Below the pieces are notes generated by a model that saw only the letters and a list, made by a program, of their open reading frames with translations, searched no databases and was not told the origin of the DNA. The translations under genes and the position numbers were made by a program. From an uncultured Candidatus Saccharibacteria bacterium (GTDB lineage Bacteria; Patescibacteriota; Minisyncoccia; Phycocordibacterales; UBA12088), in NCBI GenBank assembly GCA_964562615.1, contig CAZLUD010000001.1:327628-391627 (forward strand): a DNA stretch of 64,000 nt. The letters are read 5' to 3'. Positions within the stretch are counted from its first letter, which is position 1. Each line of letters opens with the position of its first letter. Below are positions 53,469 through 62,635 of the stretch, piece after piece.

Positions 53469-53999
53469 TTAGAGGGCATTAGCATACACTGCAGTAACAT
53501 CATCAATTTCTTCAAGTACATCAACAAGAGAGGTAAGCTTCTCCATATCCTCAGGTGAAAGGGTAAGGGTGACACTTGGAACCCACTCACCATCGGTCTT
53601 AGTAAATGCCCAGCTCGCAGATCCACTTTCAGCAAGTACATGCCCATAGACAGACAGAGCACGCTTTACTTCTTGAACACTTCTGTTTCGGTTATCGGTC
53701 AATCCTTCGATAATAAGTGCAACGCCAGCAGGCCCGTATGCTTCATAGACCACCTTCTCAAGTGGGGCGCTTGTATCAAGTACACCCTTTTGTACTGCGC
53801 GCTCGATATTTTCTTTAGGCATGTTTATCGACTTTGCCTTATCAATAACCATCTTAAGCGATGGTGACGAGGTGTCGCCTTGTACAAGGCGAGATTCGGT
53901 ACTAATAAGACGAGAGTATTTTGAAAACTCCTTACTCTTCTTCGCATCTGAAGAAGCCTTTTTGTGCTTTATTTTTGACCATTTATTATGACCAGACAT
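53469..53999 (-). CDS. YebC/PmpR-family DNA-binding regulator. It is shorter than typical (176 aa, against ~240).
   Basis: N-terminus MSGHNKWSKIKHKKASSDAKKSK matches the YebC signature. Position between ruvC and ruvB. Confidence 0.65.
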   Translation of the reverse strand: MSGHNKWSKIKHKKASSDAKKSKEFSKYSRLISTESRLVQGDTSSPSLKMVIDKAKSINMPKENIERAVQKGVLDTSAPLEKVVYEAYGPAGVALIIEGLTDNRNRSVQEVKRALSVYGHVLAESGSASWAFTKTDGEWVPSVTLTLSPEDMEKLTSLVDVLEEIDDVTAVYANAL

Positions 54000-54004
54000 A
54001 GGTA

Positions 54005-55015
54005 TTATAGTGACAAGGTTGATTGGTTTTGTGGCGGCACTTCTTTAAGGTGAGTGTACGCGTGGGGGGTGGCCACTCTACCTCGTTGTGTTCTCTCTAT
54101 AAGCCCACACTGAAGAAGAAACGGTTCATGGACATCAGCAATGGTGGACTCTTCATCCCCAAGCGCTGCAGCAAGAGTGCTTAATCCAACGGGACCACCA
54201 GAGAATTTTTTTATAAGTACTCGCAACAATTCTCTGTCTCCTTCAGTTAATCCCAAGTCATCTACTCCAAGGAGTGAGAGTGCTTCAATAGCCATTGCTT
54301 TAGTGAGTGGTTGGTTGTGTACTTGCGCGTAGTCACGGCATCGCTTTAGCAAATAATTTGCGATGCGTGGAGTTCGTCTACTTCTTTGTGCGATGGTTTG
54401 TATTGAATCACTATCAATCTCAGTGCCAAGAATTGTGGCAGATCTCTCTACAATGCGCTCAATTTCTTGTGGAGAGTAAAACTCAAGCCTGAATGATCCA
54501 CCAGAAAAACGTGAGCGTAGTGGGGCAGAGACATTAGCTACCTGCGTGGTGGCAGCAATAAGGGTAAATGGTGGTAATTCAAGTTGAATTGTTCTTGCTG
54601 ATGGACCTTTACCTAAAATTATGTCCAATACGCCAGATTCAAGTGCGGGGTATAGTACCTCCTCAATTGATTTATTAAGACGATGCACTTCATCGATAAA
54701 TAAAATGTCTCCTTCGCCTAGGTTGGTGAGAATTGCCGCAAGATCACCCACTCGCTCTATTGCAGGACCCGAGGTTATTTTCATTTGTGCATTAAGTTCA
54801 CGTGCGACAAGGTGAGCAAGAGTGGTCTTTCCTAACCCTGGTGGACCGTAGAGAAGGATATGTTCAGGGGAGTGACCTCTTGTGGCAGCGGCACCGAGTA
54901 AAATTCGCAAATTTCCTTTTATGGTTTCTTGCCCAATATACTCATCCCATGAGGATGGCCTGAGGGTTTTGTCTAGGTAGGTGTCCTTTTCTTGAGTTGT
55001 AGGGGGGGTTGACAT
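54005..55015 (-). CDS. ruvB: Holliday junction branch-migration ATPase RuvB.
   Basis: Walker A LLYGPPGLGKTTLAHLVA, Walker B ILFIDEVHRL, sensor and C-terminal winged helix. 336 aa. Confidence 0.9.
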   Translation of the reverse strand: MSTPPTTQEKDTYLDKTLRPSSWDEYIGQETIKGNLRILLGAAATRGHSPEHILLYGPPGLGKTTLAHLVARELNAQMKITSGPAIERVGDLAAILTNLGEGDILFIDEVHRLNKSIEEVLYPALESGVLDIILGKGPSARTIQLELPPFTLIAATTQVANVSAPLRSRFSGGSFRLEFYSPQEIERIVERSATILGTEIDSDSIQTIAQRSRRTPRIANYLLKRCRDYAQVHNQPLTKAMAIEALSLLGVDDLGLTEGDRELLRVLIKKFSGGPVGLSTLAAALGDEESTIADVHEPFLLQCGLIERTQRGRVATPHAYTHLKEVPPQNQSTLSL

Positions 55016-55312
55016 AATATTTTTTTCGTGCTAAATTCTATGATAGTACGGGTGCGGTATGAAGTGACTTCATTTGAGTGGTAGCTGAAGTATAGCAAAA
55101 AACCAGCTCAAATAGATAAATCCGATTCAGCACCCTCTAAGCGACGCGCCGCGCATGGCAGTGGTTCTTCTTGCGAGGGTTTTCTGGTTCTACCTTCGGG
55201 TGTGTTACTGGAAAATTCCTTAGAGGAAAGAACCAACTTTCAATTTCGGTTGAAAGTTTCACTTAGAGGGTGGTGTACCGGATTTGATTCGGTCGTCTCT
55301 AATAATTCTTTC

Positions 55313-57151
55313 TTATGAAAGAATATGATCATTGAAGGTGTCTATATCCACCTCAATAACACGCGCTAATTCTTCAAGGGTGGTAACTCCATCAAGTACT
55401 TTTATAACCCCATCTTGAATCATGGTGAGGGTTCCTTGTTTTGCAGCTTCAAGTGCAATTTCGCGCTCGGTAGCAGTACTATTCATCATTTCTTCGATGG
55501 CTGGAGTTACTTCGATTGCTTCAAATACTGCAAGTCTACCCCTAAATCCAGTAATACAAGCGCCACCAGTTTTTGCTTTATATGCAACAGTAGTGTTTTG
55601 AGGAATGAGAGATGTGTCCTCAATAGTTGCAAGGACTCTATCGACAAATGCTTTTTCTGTACCCTCTAATGTATAAGGTTCACGACAATCTTCTCGTAAT
55701 ATACGCACTAGACGCTGTGCCATCACCACATTCACCGATGAACCAATAAGTGCCGGATTAACACCAAGTCCTATTAGTCGTGGAAACGCACCCGCAGCAG
55801 TGTTGGTGTGTAGTGTTGAAAATACAAGGTGTCCCGTAAGTGATGCTTGAATTGCAGTATCGGCAACTTCTGGGTCACGAATTTCTCCCACCATAATAAT
55901 GTCAGGGTCTTGTCGGAGTGATGATCGAAGTCCAAGCTCAAACGTGTAGTCTTTTTTATTTACTTGTGTTTGTACTATGCCGGGTACGTGGTACTCGATA
56001 GGGTCTTCGATGGTGATTATTTTTATTTGAGGATTTTTTACTCGCTGAAGAAACGCGTAGAGGGTGGTGGTCTTTCCTGATCCAGTTGGTCCGGTGTTGA
56101 GGATCATCCCGTTTGGTTTATGGATTTCTCTTTCAAGAAGTGGAAACAACTTTTTATTCATACCGAGCTTTTCCATGGGAATAGTTAGGGTGGTTGGATC
56201 AAGCACACGAAGCACTACAGATTCTCCATAGTTTCCTGGGAGTACTGACGTACGAATCTCTATCTCTTTGTTATCAATACGTACACTAAATCGTCCGTCT
56301 TGCGCGGCGTTTTTAATATTGATTTTTAGGCCTGAAAGAAGCTTCATGCGAGAGAGGAGGAGATTGTGCGTCTCGTGATCAAACGAAAGAATATCAGTAA
56401 GTACACCATCGAGTCGGTATCGCAACTTCACTGATATTTCTTCTGGTTCGATATGTACGTCGGAGGCAAAGGTAGCAAGTGCTCCAGCAAGAATGGTCTC
56501 TAAGATACGAGAAATTTTGTATATCTTCTTCATCCCAAGTACGTTGGTAACTTGCTCAACCACGTCTTCAATAGAATGAATGGTAGCCATGAGGTGTTGC
56601 ACCTCTTCACCTGAAATATCTAGTACCCCCGCCTTAGTTTCAATGGCAAAGGAAAGGTCTTTGTACCTACTCCATGCTCGCTCTAGTGAGAGATGTGATG
56701 CCATAAAGAGAGAGACCACAAACCCTCTTTTTGTAAGATCATCGACTATCTCTTTTACTTTTTGATTATTGGGAGAAATAACCGCAAGAGAAACTTTTTT
56801 ATTGAGTTGATTAAATGGACACAACCCTGCGTCTCGCGCTCGCTCCTCATGTACTAGTCGCAAGGAGTCTGTGTCGATAGGTAGTTGTGTTAGGTCAACA
56901 TACCCAATGCCGTATTTCTCAGAAAGCATTCTGGCAAGCTCTTCCTCTTCGTGTCTTCGAAGAGTTTCTAATTTCTTCTCTTGTTTTTCTTCATTAAATT
57001 CAGCCACAGTACTATGATACCTGCTTTGGGTATAAAAAACGAGAAAAAAACCAACAGCAAAAAGAAATGCTAGAATAGATGTATGAAAGAGGTATTCAGC
57101 ATCGAAAGTGAAGATGACCTTAAAGAGGTCCTCGTAGGAATAAGTAAGCAC
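55313..57151 (-). CDS. GspE/PilB-family type II/IV secretion or pilus assembly ATPase. The annotated N-terminal 45 aa are hydrophobic, so the start is probably an internal Met.
   Basis: Walker A (LNTGPTGSGKTTTLYA), Asp box, Walker B (IIMVGEIRD), His box (LVFSTLHTN). Confidence 0.8.
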   Translation of the reverse strand: MLTYSYEDLFKVIFTFDAEYLFHTSILAFLFAVGFFLVFYTQSRYHSTVAEFNEEKQEKKLETLRRHEEEELARMLSEKYGIGYVDLTQLPIDTDSLRLVHEERARDAGLCPFNQLNKKVSLAVISPNNQKVKEIVDDLTKRGFVVSLFMASHLSLERAWSRYKDLSFAIETKAGVLDISGEEVQHLMATIHSIEDVVEQVTNVLGMKKIYKISRILETILAGALATFASDVHIEPEEISVKLRYRLDGVLTDILSFDHETHNLLLSRMKLLSGLKINIKNAAQDGRFSVRIDNKEIEIRTSVLPGNYGESVVLRVLDPTTLTIPMEKLGMNKKLFPLLEREIHKPNGMILNTGPTGSGKTTTLYAFLQRVKNPQIKIITIEDPIEYHVPGIVQTQVNKKDYTFELGLRSSLRQDPDIIMVGEIRDPEVADTAIQASLTGHLVFSTLHTNTAAGAFPRLIGLGVNPALIGSSVNVVMAQRLVRILREDCREPYTLEGTEKAFVDRVLATIEDTSLIPQNTTVAYKAKTGGACITGFRGRLAVFEAIEVTPAIEEMMNSTATEREIALEAAKQGTLTMIQDGVIKVLDGVTTLEELARVIEVDIDTFNDHILS

Positions 57152-57526
57152 CTAACACCGCAAGAAGAAGGGGCAACGGTGATAGGTCTTGTTGGAGAAT
57201 TGGGAGCGGGAAAGACCACTTCTGCTCAACTACTAGGGAGGCATATTGGAGTGGTAAGCACCATGCAGAGCCCCACGTTTGTGATTGAGCGGGTATACCC
57301 AATTGCGTGGAATGGATTTACCACACTTGCACATCTTGATATGTATCGACTTTCTCCTGGAGATCTCCCCTCGGTAAAACTTCACGAACGATTAAGAGAC
57401 GTGCAGACGCTACTAATTATTGAGTGGGCAGATATGATAAAAGATACCCTTCCAAAAAACACCCATTGGATAACCCTTGCTCGTACGAAAGACGATACGC
57501 GTGAGGTAGAGTACAACCATGAGTAA
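57083..57526 (+). CDS. tsaE: tRNA threonylcarbamoyladenosine biosynthesis ATPase TsaE (YjeE).
   Basis: P-loop GELGAGKTT; ~150 aa. The start is likely downstream of 57083. Confidence 0.65.
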   Translation: MKEVFSIESEDDLKEVLVGISKHLTPQEEGATVIGLVGELGAGKTTSAQLLGRHIGVVSTMQSPTFVIERVYPIAWNGFTTLAHLDMYRLSPGDLPSVKLHERLRDVQTLLIIEWADMIKDTLPKNTHWITLARTKDDTREVEYNHE

Positions 57527-59891
57527 AAAACAGACAAAAAAAAGAATAGTCCTCCTTGATACGCATGCAATTTTGCATAGGGCGTATCATGCGCTGCCAG
57601 ATTTTGTTGCGCCTGATGGATCACCTACTGGAGCGCTCTATGGACTAGTAACTATGCTACTTAAACTTGGAAGTGATCTTACCCCAGACTATATCGTTGC
57701 TTGCTATGACTTGCCGGGCCCAACGTATCGACATCACGCATTTGAAGGGTACAAGGCAACACGAGAAAAAATGGAGGATGCGCTTTCTTCTCAGATTGAA
57801 AAATCGCGCACGCTACTTGCTGCATTTGGTATTCCTGTATACGAGGCACCGGGATTTGAAGCGGATGATATTTTAGGAACTATTGCCGCCCAGACAAAAA
57901 AACAAAAAGATATTGAAATAGTCATTGCGTCAGGTGATATGGATACCATGCAATTAGTGACAGATGGTCACGTGCGTGTGTTTACCCTGAAAAAGGGTAT
58001 CAAAGAGACAATCCTATACGACGAAGCAGCGGTGGTGGAGAGGTTTGGCTTTCGCCCCACACTACTTCCTGACTTTAAAGGGTTACGAGGAGACCCATCA
58101 GACAACATACCAGGTATTCATGGTATCGGAGAGAAAACGGCAACCATCCTTATTACCAACTTTGGTGGTATTACAGATATATACAAGACAATAAAAAAAG
58201 ACCCAGAAGCTATACGAAATGCAGGTATAACGGAGAGAATGCTACAAAAGCTTATCGAAGGTGAGGAGGACGCACTTTTTTCAAAGGAGCTTGCAACTAT
58301 TCGTACTGATGCACCCATCACCTTTTCACTACCCACAAAGCCGTGGCAAGAGGGAATTGATATTGATACCATCGTGTCATTGTTTGATGCGTATGCATTT
58401 CGCACGCTCACCCAACGAGTGCGGGCGCTTAAAGGGGTGCAAGAGAGTGCGGAGAGCATACAAGCAACTGAGCCTAAAGAAGATATAGACGAGGTGTTGC
58501 TCGCAAAAGCAAAAATAGCGTTATGGCTTTTAGATTCAGAACGAACAAATCCAGGGTATGAAGAAGTGCTTGATTATACACAAAAGAAAAACCTAAGAGA
58601 GGCGCATGAGCACCTACTCCTTTTATTAGAAAAAGACACTCTTCTACGAGTGTATACAGATATTGAGCTGCCTCTTATACCGGTGGTGATGCGAATGAAA
58701 GAGCGAGGGGTGCTCATAGACAGAACGTATCTACACGAGCTGTCTGTTACGTATCACAAAGAACTAGAAGCAATCGAACGTGATATTTATGAGCTTGCAG
58801 GAACTACCTTTAACATCAACTCACCAAAACAATTAGGTGACATTTTATTTGGAACATTAGAACTTGAGGTAAAGGGAGTTAAAAAAACAGCGACAGGGCA
58901 ACGATCAACTCGTGAAAGTGAGTTGGCAAAAATCGCAGACCAACATCCAATAGTTGCAAAGATTCTTACCCATCGCGAACTTTCGAAGCTTTTAAGTACC
59001 TACATAGACACCATACCAAATCTACTTGGTGACGATTCACGGCTTCATGCTGATTTTATACAAACAGGTACCACCACAGGAAGAATGGCAAGTCAGAATC
59101 CAAACATGCAAAATCTTCCTATACGGACAGAGCATGGAAAAAACATACGCAAGGCAATTACCGCCCCTGAAGGATTTAGTATTTTAGCGCTCGATTATTC
59201 GCAAATAGAGCTGAGGATTGCCGCTATTCTTTCTGGGGATGAAAAGTTAACTCGGGTATTTCTTGAGGGGAGAGATATTCATCTTGCGGTAGCGGCAGAA
59301 GTATTTGGTGTTCCACCAGAAGAAGTTGATAAAGAAATGCGCCGCCGTGCAAAGGTAATTAACTTTGGCATTCTCTACGGGATGGGTGTTTCTGCGTTGA
59401 TGCAAAACCTAGGAACTTCTCGGAAGGAAGCGCAAGATTTTTATAACCACTACTTTGAATCGTTCCCTGGAATTACCCACTACTTAAATAAAACAAAAGA
59501 CGAGGTGCGGCGTCTGGGGTACACCGAGACGCTTTATGGAAGAAAGCGCCGGTTCCCAGGCATTCGCTCTCCGCTTCCATACGTGGTGGCGCAAGCTGAG
59601 CGCATGGCAATCAATGCACCAATCCAAGGTACGCAGTCAGATATTATAAAAATTGCGATGAGCCGTATTCATCAACAGATTGAAAAAAATAAATGGAATA
59701 ATGATGCCTACATGATTATGCAGGTGCACGATGAACTGGTGTTTGAGGTACGGGATGAGATTGTTGACGATGCCATTCACGTGTTTTCAGAGATTATGGA
59801 GGGCGTGCTCCCAAAGAATGAATCAAGAGGTATAACCCTTAAGGTGGATGCAGAAACTGGAGTATCGTGGGGCGACATGAAAGAACTATGA
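57519..59891 (+). CDS. polA: DNA polymerase I (5'-3' exonuclease domain plus polymerase domain). At 790 aa it is shorter than E. coli Pol I, so the 3'-5' proofreading domain is probably reduced.
   Basis: 5' nuclease motifs in the N-terminus. Polymerase motif A (LALDYSQIELRI), motif B (RRRAKVINFGILYGM), motif C (QVHDELVFE). Confidence 0.9.
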   Translation: MSKKQTKKRIVLLDTHAILHRAYHALPDFVAPDGSPTGALYGLVTMLLKLGSDLTPDYIVACYDLPGPTYRHHAFEGYKATREKMEDALSSQIEKSRTLLAAFGIPVYEAPGFEADDILGTIAAQTKKQKDIEIVIASGDMDTMQLVTDGHVRVFTLKKGIKETILYDEAAVVERFGFRPTLLPDFKGLRGDPSDNIPGIHGIGEKTATILITNFGGITDIYKTIKKDPEAIRNAGITERMLQKLIEGEEDALFSKELATIRTDAPITFSLPTKPWQEGIDIDTIVSLFDAYAFRTLTQRVRALKGVQESAESIQATEPKEDIDEVLLAKAKIALWLLDSERTNPGYEEVLDYTQKKNLREAHEHLLLLLEKDTLLRVYTDIELPLIPVVMRMKERGVLIDRTYLHELSVTYHKELEAIERDIYELAGTTFNINSPKQLGDILFGTLELEVKGVKKTATGQRSTRESELAKIADQHPIVAKILTHRELSKLLSTYIDTIPNLLGDDSRLHADFIQTGTTTGRMASQNPNMQNLPIRTEHGKNIRKAITAPEGFSILALDYSQIELRIAAILSGDEKLTRVFLEGRDIHLAVAAEVFGVPPEEVDKEMRRRAKVINFGILYGMGVSALMQNLGTSRKEAQDFYNHYFESFPGITHYLNKTKDEVRRLGYTETLYGRKRRFPGIRSPLPYVVAQAERMAINAPIQGTQSDIIKIAMSRIHQQIEKNKWNNDAYMIMQVHDELVFEVRDEIVDDAIHVFSEIMEGVLPKNESRGITLKVDAETGVSWGDMKEL

Positions 59892-60610
59892 TATACGCGT
59901 ATCTCATCGAGCATAATGAAGGATTAGCAAAAGTAAGATCATTAGAATCTACACTCAGAGCAAAACAGCCTGATGCGGGGTATTTTGTTGTTGATGAAGA
60001 AAATCTATCCTTGTCACTTATACATGAACTTACTGAATCACAGGGATTATTTGCAAAACGATATTTGGTACGGGTGGAGGGAAATTTTTCATCAGCAGAA
60101 CACAAAGAAGTAATCAAAAAGGCAATACCGCTTATGGCGGAATCAGAGAATGTGTTTATTGTTCTTTCTGAGCAGGTAGATAGCGCAACAAAAAAACTTC
60201 TTGCAACACATGCAGAGAAAGTACTAGAGCCAAAAAAAGCGCTAGATGATGTGAAAGAGAAACAGAGCGGTAACCTTTTTAGACTAACTGATGCTTTTGG
60301 TGATAGAAACACAAACCGTATGTGGAGCTTGTATAGAGAAGCAAAAGAAAATGGTGCATCAGACGAAGAGATACATGGACTCCTGTGTTGGCAGTATCGG
60401 CAGATGCTATTTGCAACAAAAGAATCATCTGCTGAAAATGCCGGTATGAAGTCATTTATCTATACTAAGGTCACTCGTCAGGCGAGGAACTTCTCTGCAG
60501 CGGAGTTGGTACACATTGGCACTACGCTAACGGCGATGAATCATGATGATAGGCGAGGGCTGCGAGACTTAGCGACATCACTTGAATTGTTTACCCTTAC
60601 CCTTCGGTAG
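59867..60610 (+). CDS. DNA polymerase III delta subunit-like protein (HolA-like).
   Basis: Size and weak pattern (LF.LTDAF..RN...MW.LY......GA....I..LL.WQYRQML). Confidence 0.4.
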   Translation: MGRHERTMIYAYLIEHNEGLAKVRSLESTLRAKQPDAGYFVVDEENLSLSLIHELTESQGLFAKRYLVRVEGNFSSAEHKEVIKKAIPLMAESENVFIVLSEQVDSATKKLLATHAEKVLEPKKALDDVKEKQSGNLFRLTDAFGDRNTNRMWSLYREAKENGASDEEIHGLLCWQYRQMLFATKESSAENAGMKSFIYTKVTRQARNFSAAELVHIGTTLTAMNHDDRRGLRDLATSLELFTLTLR

Positions 60611-60729
60611 GTGTAAGAATGGGTGATGGGTGGCGTCACCGCAATAGGAAGCACATCTATGCTTGGTACCCTGGAGCAAAATGCCGTCTAGTGATTTGGG
60701 CATTTTACGCAGAGCACCTAGCGTAAAAA

Positions 60730-61266
60730 ATGAGGAGGACGCTGATGACTCTCAGCAGGATCGTCGAAATAACGAGCAACAAACACAGAAACAGAATACG
60801 GCGCACGCCTATTCTCATTCTCGTTGGTGCTTTTATTCTTTTGCTTTTTCTATCGAAGATTGCAAACGCAACTCAAAACGATATTGAGTGCTTGGCTAAC
60901 AATGCTGCCTATGAAGCGGCAGGTCAGGGTGTGACTGCAATGGCAAATGTTATTGAAGTAACCATCAATAGAGCAAATGGAAAGAGTATATGCCAGGTAG
61001 TGTATGAAAAAACTACCAATGGTGTTTGCCAATTTTCTTGGGTGTGCATGCAAAAAAGGAGAGTGCTCACTCACAGGGAAAAGAAGCTTGCTATAGATAT
61101 TGCACAATCAGCGTTATACGGAGGAGCTACCCTCAACTCCCCATTTACAGAGGATGCACAATATTTTTGTGTACCAAAGGCATGCAAAAAATGGCATGCA
61201 AAAAGCCCGCAACTAGAACGGGTAGGATATGATGGTGCCCACGTGTATTACAGAGTAGCATCGTAA
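60730..61266 (+). CDS. Cell-wall hydrolase of the SleB/CwlJ family (Hydrolase_2 domain) with an N-terminal membrane anchor.
   Basis: Motifs CLANNAAYEAAGQG...VIEVTINRA...CQVVYE...CQFSW. Confidence 0.55.
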   Translation: MRRTLMTLSRIVEITSNKHRNRIRRTPILILVGAFILLLFLSKIANATQNDIECLANNAAYEAAGQGVTAMANVIEVTINRANGKSICQVVYEKTTNGVCQFSWVCMQKRRVLTHREKKLAIDIAQSALYGGATLNSPFTEDAQYFCVPKACKKWHAKSPQLERVGYDGAHVYYRVAS

Positions 61267-61276
61267 TATGTGTGGA

Positions 61277-61308
61277 AAGGGCTCGACAATGTCGAGCCCT
61301 TTCTGTGT
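61277..61308 (+). terminator. Intrinsic terminator hairpin AAGGGCTCGAC-aat-GTCGAGCCCTT plus TTCTGTGT.
   Basis: Seen directly; it follows the stop of the SleB-like gene. Confidence 0.6.
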
Positions 61309-61526
61309 ATGGAAGTACATTTGTGGTGCGACCAAAAAATAATGAGCTCTGCGAATATATTTTTTGAAGTACTCTTGTGGTGCGCCCGGGAGCTCGGTCA
61401 CTAGTTGCTAACCATTTTGTACGCTTCGCTTCAAAATGCTAAGCACTTGCGACCCCGACTCGGCGACAATTTTGCTCCATTTCATTTCGCAAAATCGTAA
61501 ACCGCCTCCGTCTTTCGAACCCTACG
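61309..61526. repeat. tRNA-Lys-linked element. It has two copies of the motif (ATGGAAGTACATTTGTGGTGCG at 61309-61330; TTGAAGTACTCTTGTGGTGCG at 61364-61384). The 5' arm is a copy of the tRNA-Lys 3' end including CCA (GTGGTGCGCCCGGGAG, 61377-61395). The ~115 nt core is homologous to the Gly-GCC element core. The distal arm is a degenerate inverted T-arm (TTTCGAACCCT, 61511-61525).
   Basis: Aligned by eye with 11169-11309. Confidence 0.6.
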
Positions 61527-61596
61527 CAAAGCACGAAGGTGCTTTGCTCCACGGGGCACCTAATCAAAATGGAACACCTACGTGTTCTATTTTTCA

Positions 61597-61672
61597 TGGT
61601 GCGCCCGGGAGGGTTCGAACCTCCGACCAATGGCTTAAAAGGCCACTGCTCTACCAGCTGAGCTACAGGCGC
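61597..61672 (-). tRNA. tRNA-Lys (anticodon TTT) with genomically encoded CCA.
   Basis: Minus-strand cloverleaf: acceptor GCGCCTG/CGGGCGC, D-arm GCTC-AGCTGGTA-GAGC, anticodon loop CTTTTAA, T-arm GGAGG-TTCGAAC-CCTCC, 3' ACCA. Confidence 0.85.
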
Positions 61673-61715
61673 GTACGAGACGCACTATACCACAAATAGC
61701 GTTCAAGTCGATATG

Positions 61716-62165
61716 TTAGAGCCGCGGAATATCAATAGCGAGTACTCCAGCGCCACTAAGTAACAAAGAAAGGCACACGACAAAGATAAGTATATAGGTT
61801 GCTCGTTCATTTTTTGCTACTGATGGGTAGGTTCGTTGTAGGTAGTAGAGCTTTCCTGCGATGAGCATACCGCCAATAGCTGCTGCTTGAGTAAGGAAGC
61901 CGGTAATAAGGAATGCTCCCACAATGATTTCAAAAAATGATAAATACCATATAAATAAGATACCAAGCGATCCCCACTCGACTCGCAAGCTTGTGGCACA
62001 GTCAGCATATCTATCTTTCTTTAGGAACTCTATTCCCCAGTATAAAAAGTAGGATCCAACCACCACGCGTAGGAGTAATGGAGCAAAAAGCACAAAGGTG
62101 ATTAGTTCTGGAAATATGTTAAGCATAAGGGTATTGTAGCAGGACAGGGCAAAAAACACTTCCAC
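61716..62165 (-). CDS. DoxX-like small polytopic membrane protein.
   Basis: Four predicted transmembrane helices; 149 aa. Confidence 0.35.
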   Translation of the reverse strand: MEVFFALSCYNTLMLNIFPELITFVLFAPLLLRVVVGSYFLYWGIEFLKKDRYADCATSLRVEWGSLGILFIWYLSFFEIIVGAFLITGFLTQAAAIGGMLIAGKLYYLQRTYPSVAKNERATYILIFVVCLSLLLSGAGVLAIDIPRL

Positions 62166-62167
62166 AC

Positions 62168-62635
62168 ATGAAAATACTTATTCTTGAAAACATACGAAGC
62201 GCCGAAAATACAGGCTCAATTCTGCGTACGGCAGAAGCGCTGGGTGTTGAAGAGGTGTTGCTCGTAGGAACCACACCAACCCCAATTGATAGATTTGGCA
62301 GAGTAAGAAACGACATCAAAAAAGTTGCCCTAGGGGCAGAGAGTATGCCGTGGAAATTTTTTGAGACAATGCGTGAGGCGGTTGACTATGTGCGTACGCA
62401 TAAGCTTTGCCTGCTTGTGCTTGAACAAGATGTTCGCTCGATATCGTATCAGTCGTGTCAGGTACACAACGACTTTGCGCTGGTTGTTGGTAACGAGGTG
62501 GAGGGGGTAAGTGCATACGCAAAAGATAGCGCCGATACCATTATAGAAATACCTCTTTTAGGTAAAAAGGAATCCCTCAATGTCTCGGTAGCGCTTGGGA
62601 TAGCACTTGCGTCACTTGTTCACGGTAGGAGTTAA
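62168..62635 (+). CDS. SpoU/TrmH-family RNA 2'-O-methyltransferase.
   Basis: SPOUT motifs LVVGNEVEGVS and ESLNVSVALGIAL; N-terminal ILILENIRSAENTGSILRTAEALGV. Confidence 0.7.
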   Translation: MKILILENIRSAENTGSILRTAEALGVEEVLLVGTTPTPIDRFGRVRNDIKKVALGAESMPWKFFETMREAVDYVRTHKLCLLVLEQDVRSISYQSCQVHNDFALVVGNEVEGVSAYAKDSADTIIEIPLLGKKESLNVSVALGIALASLVHGRS

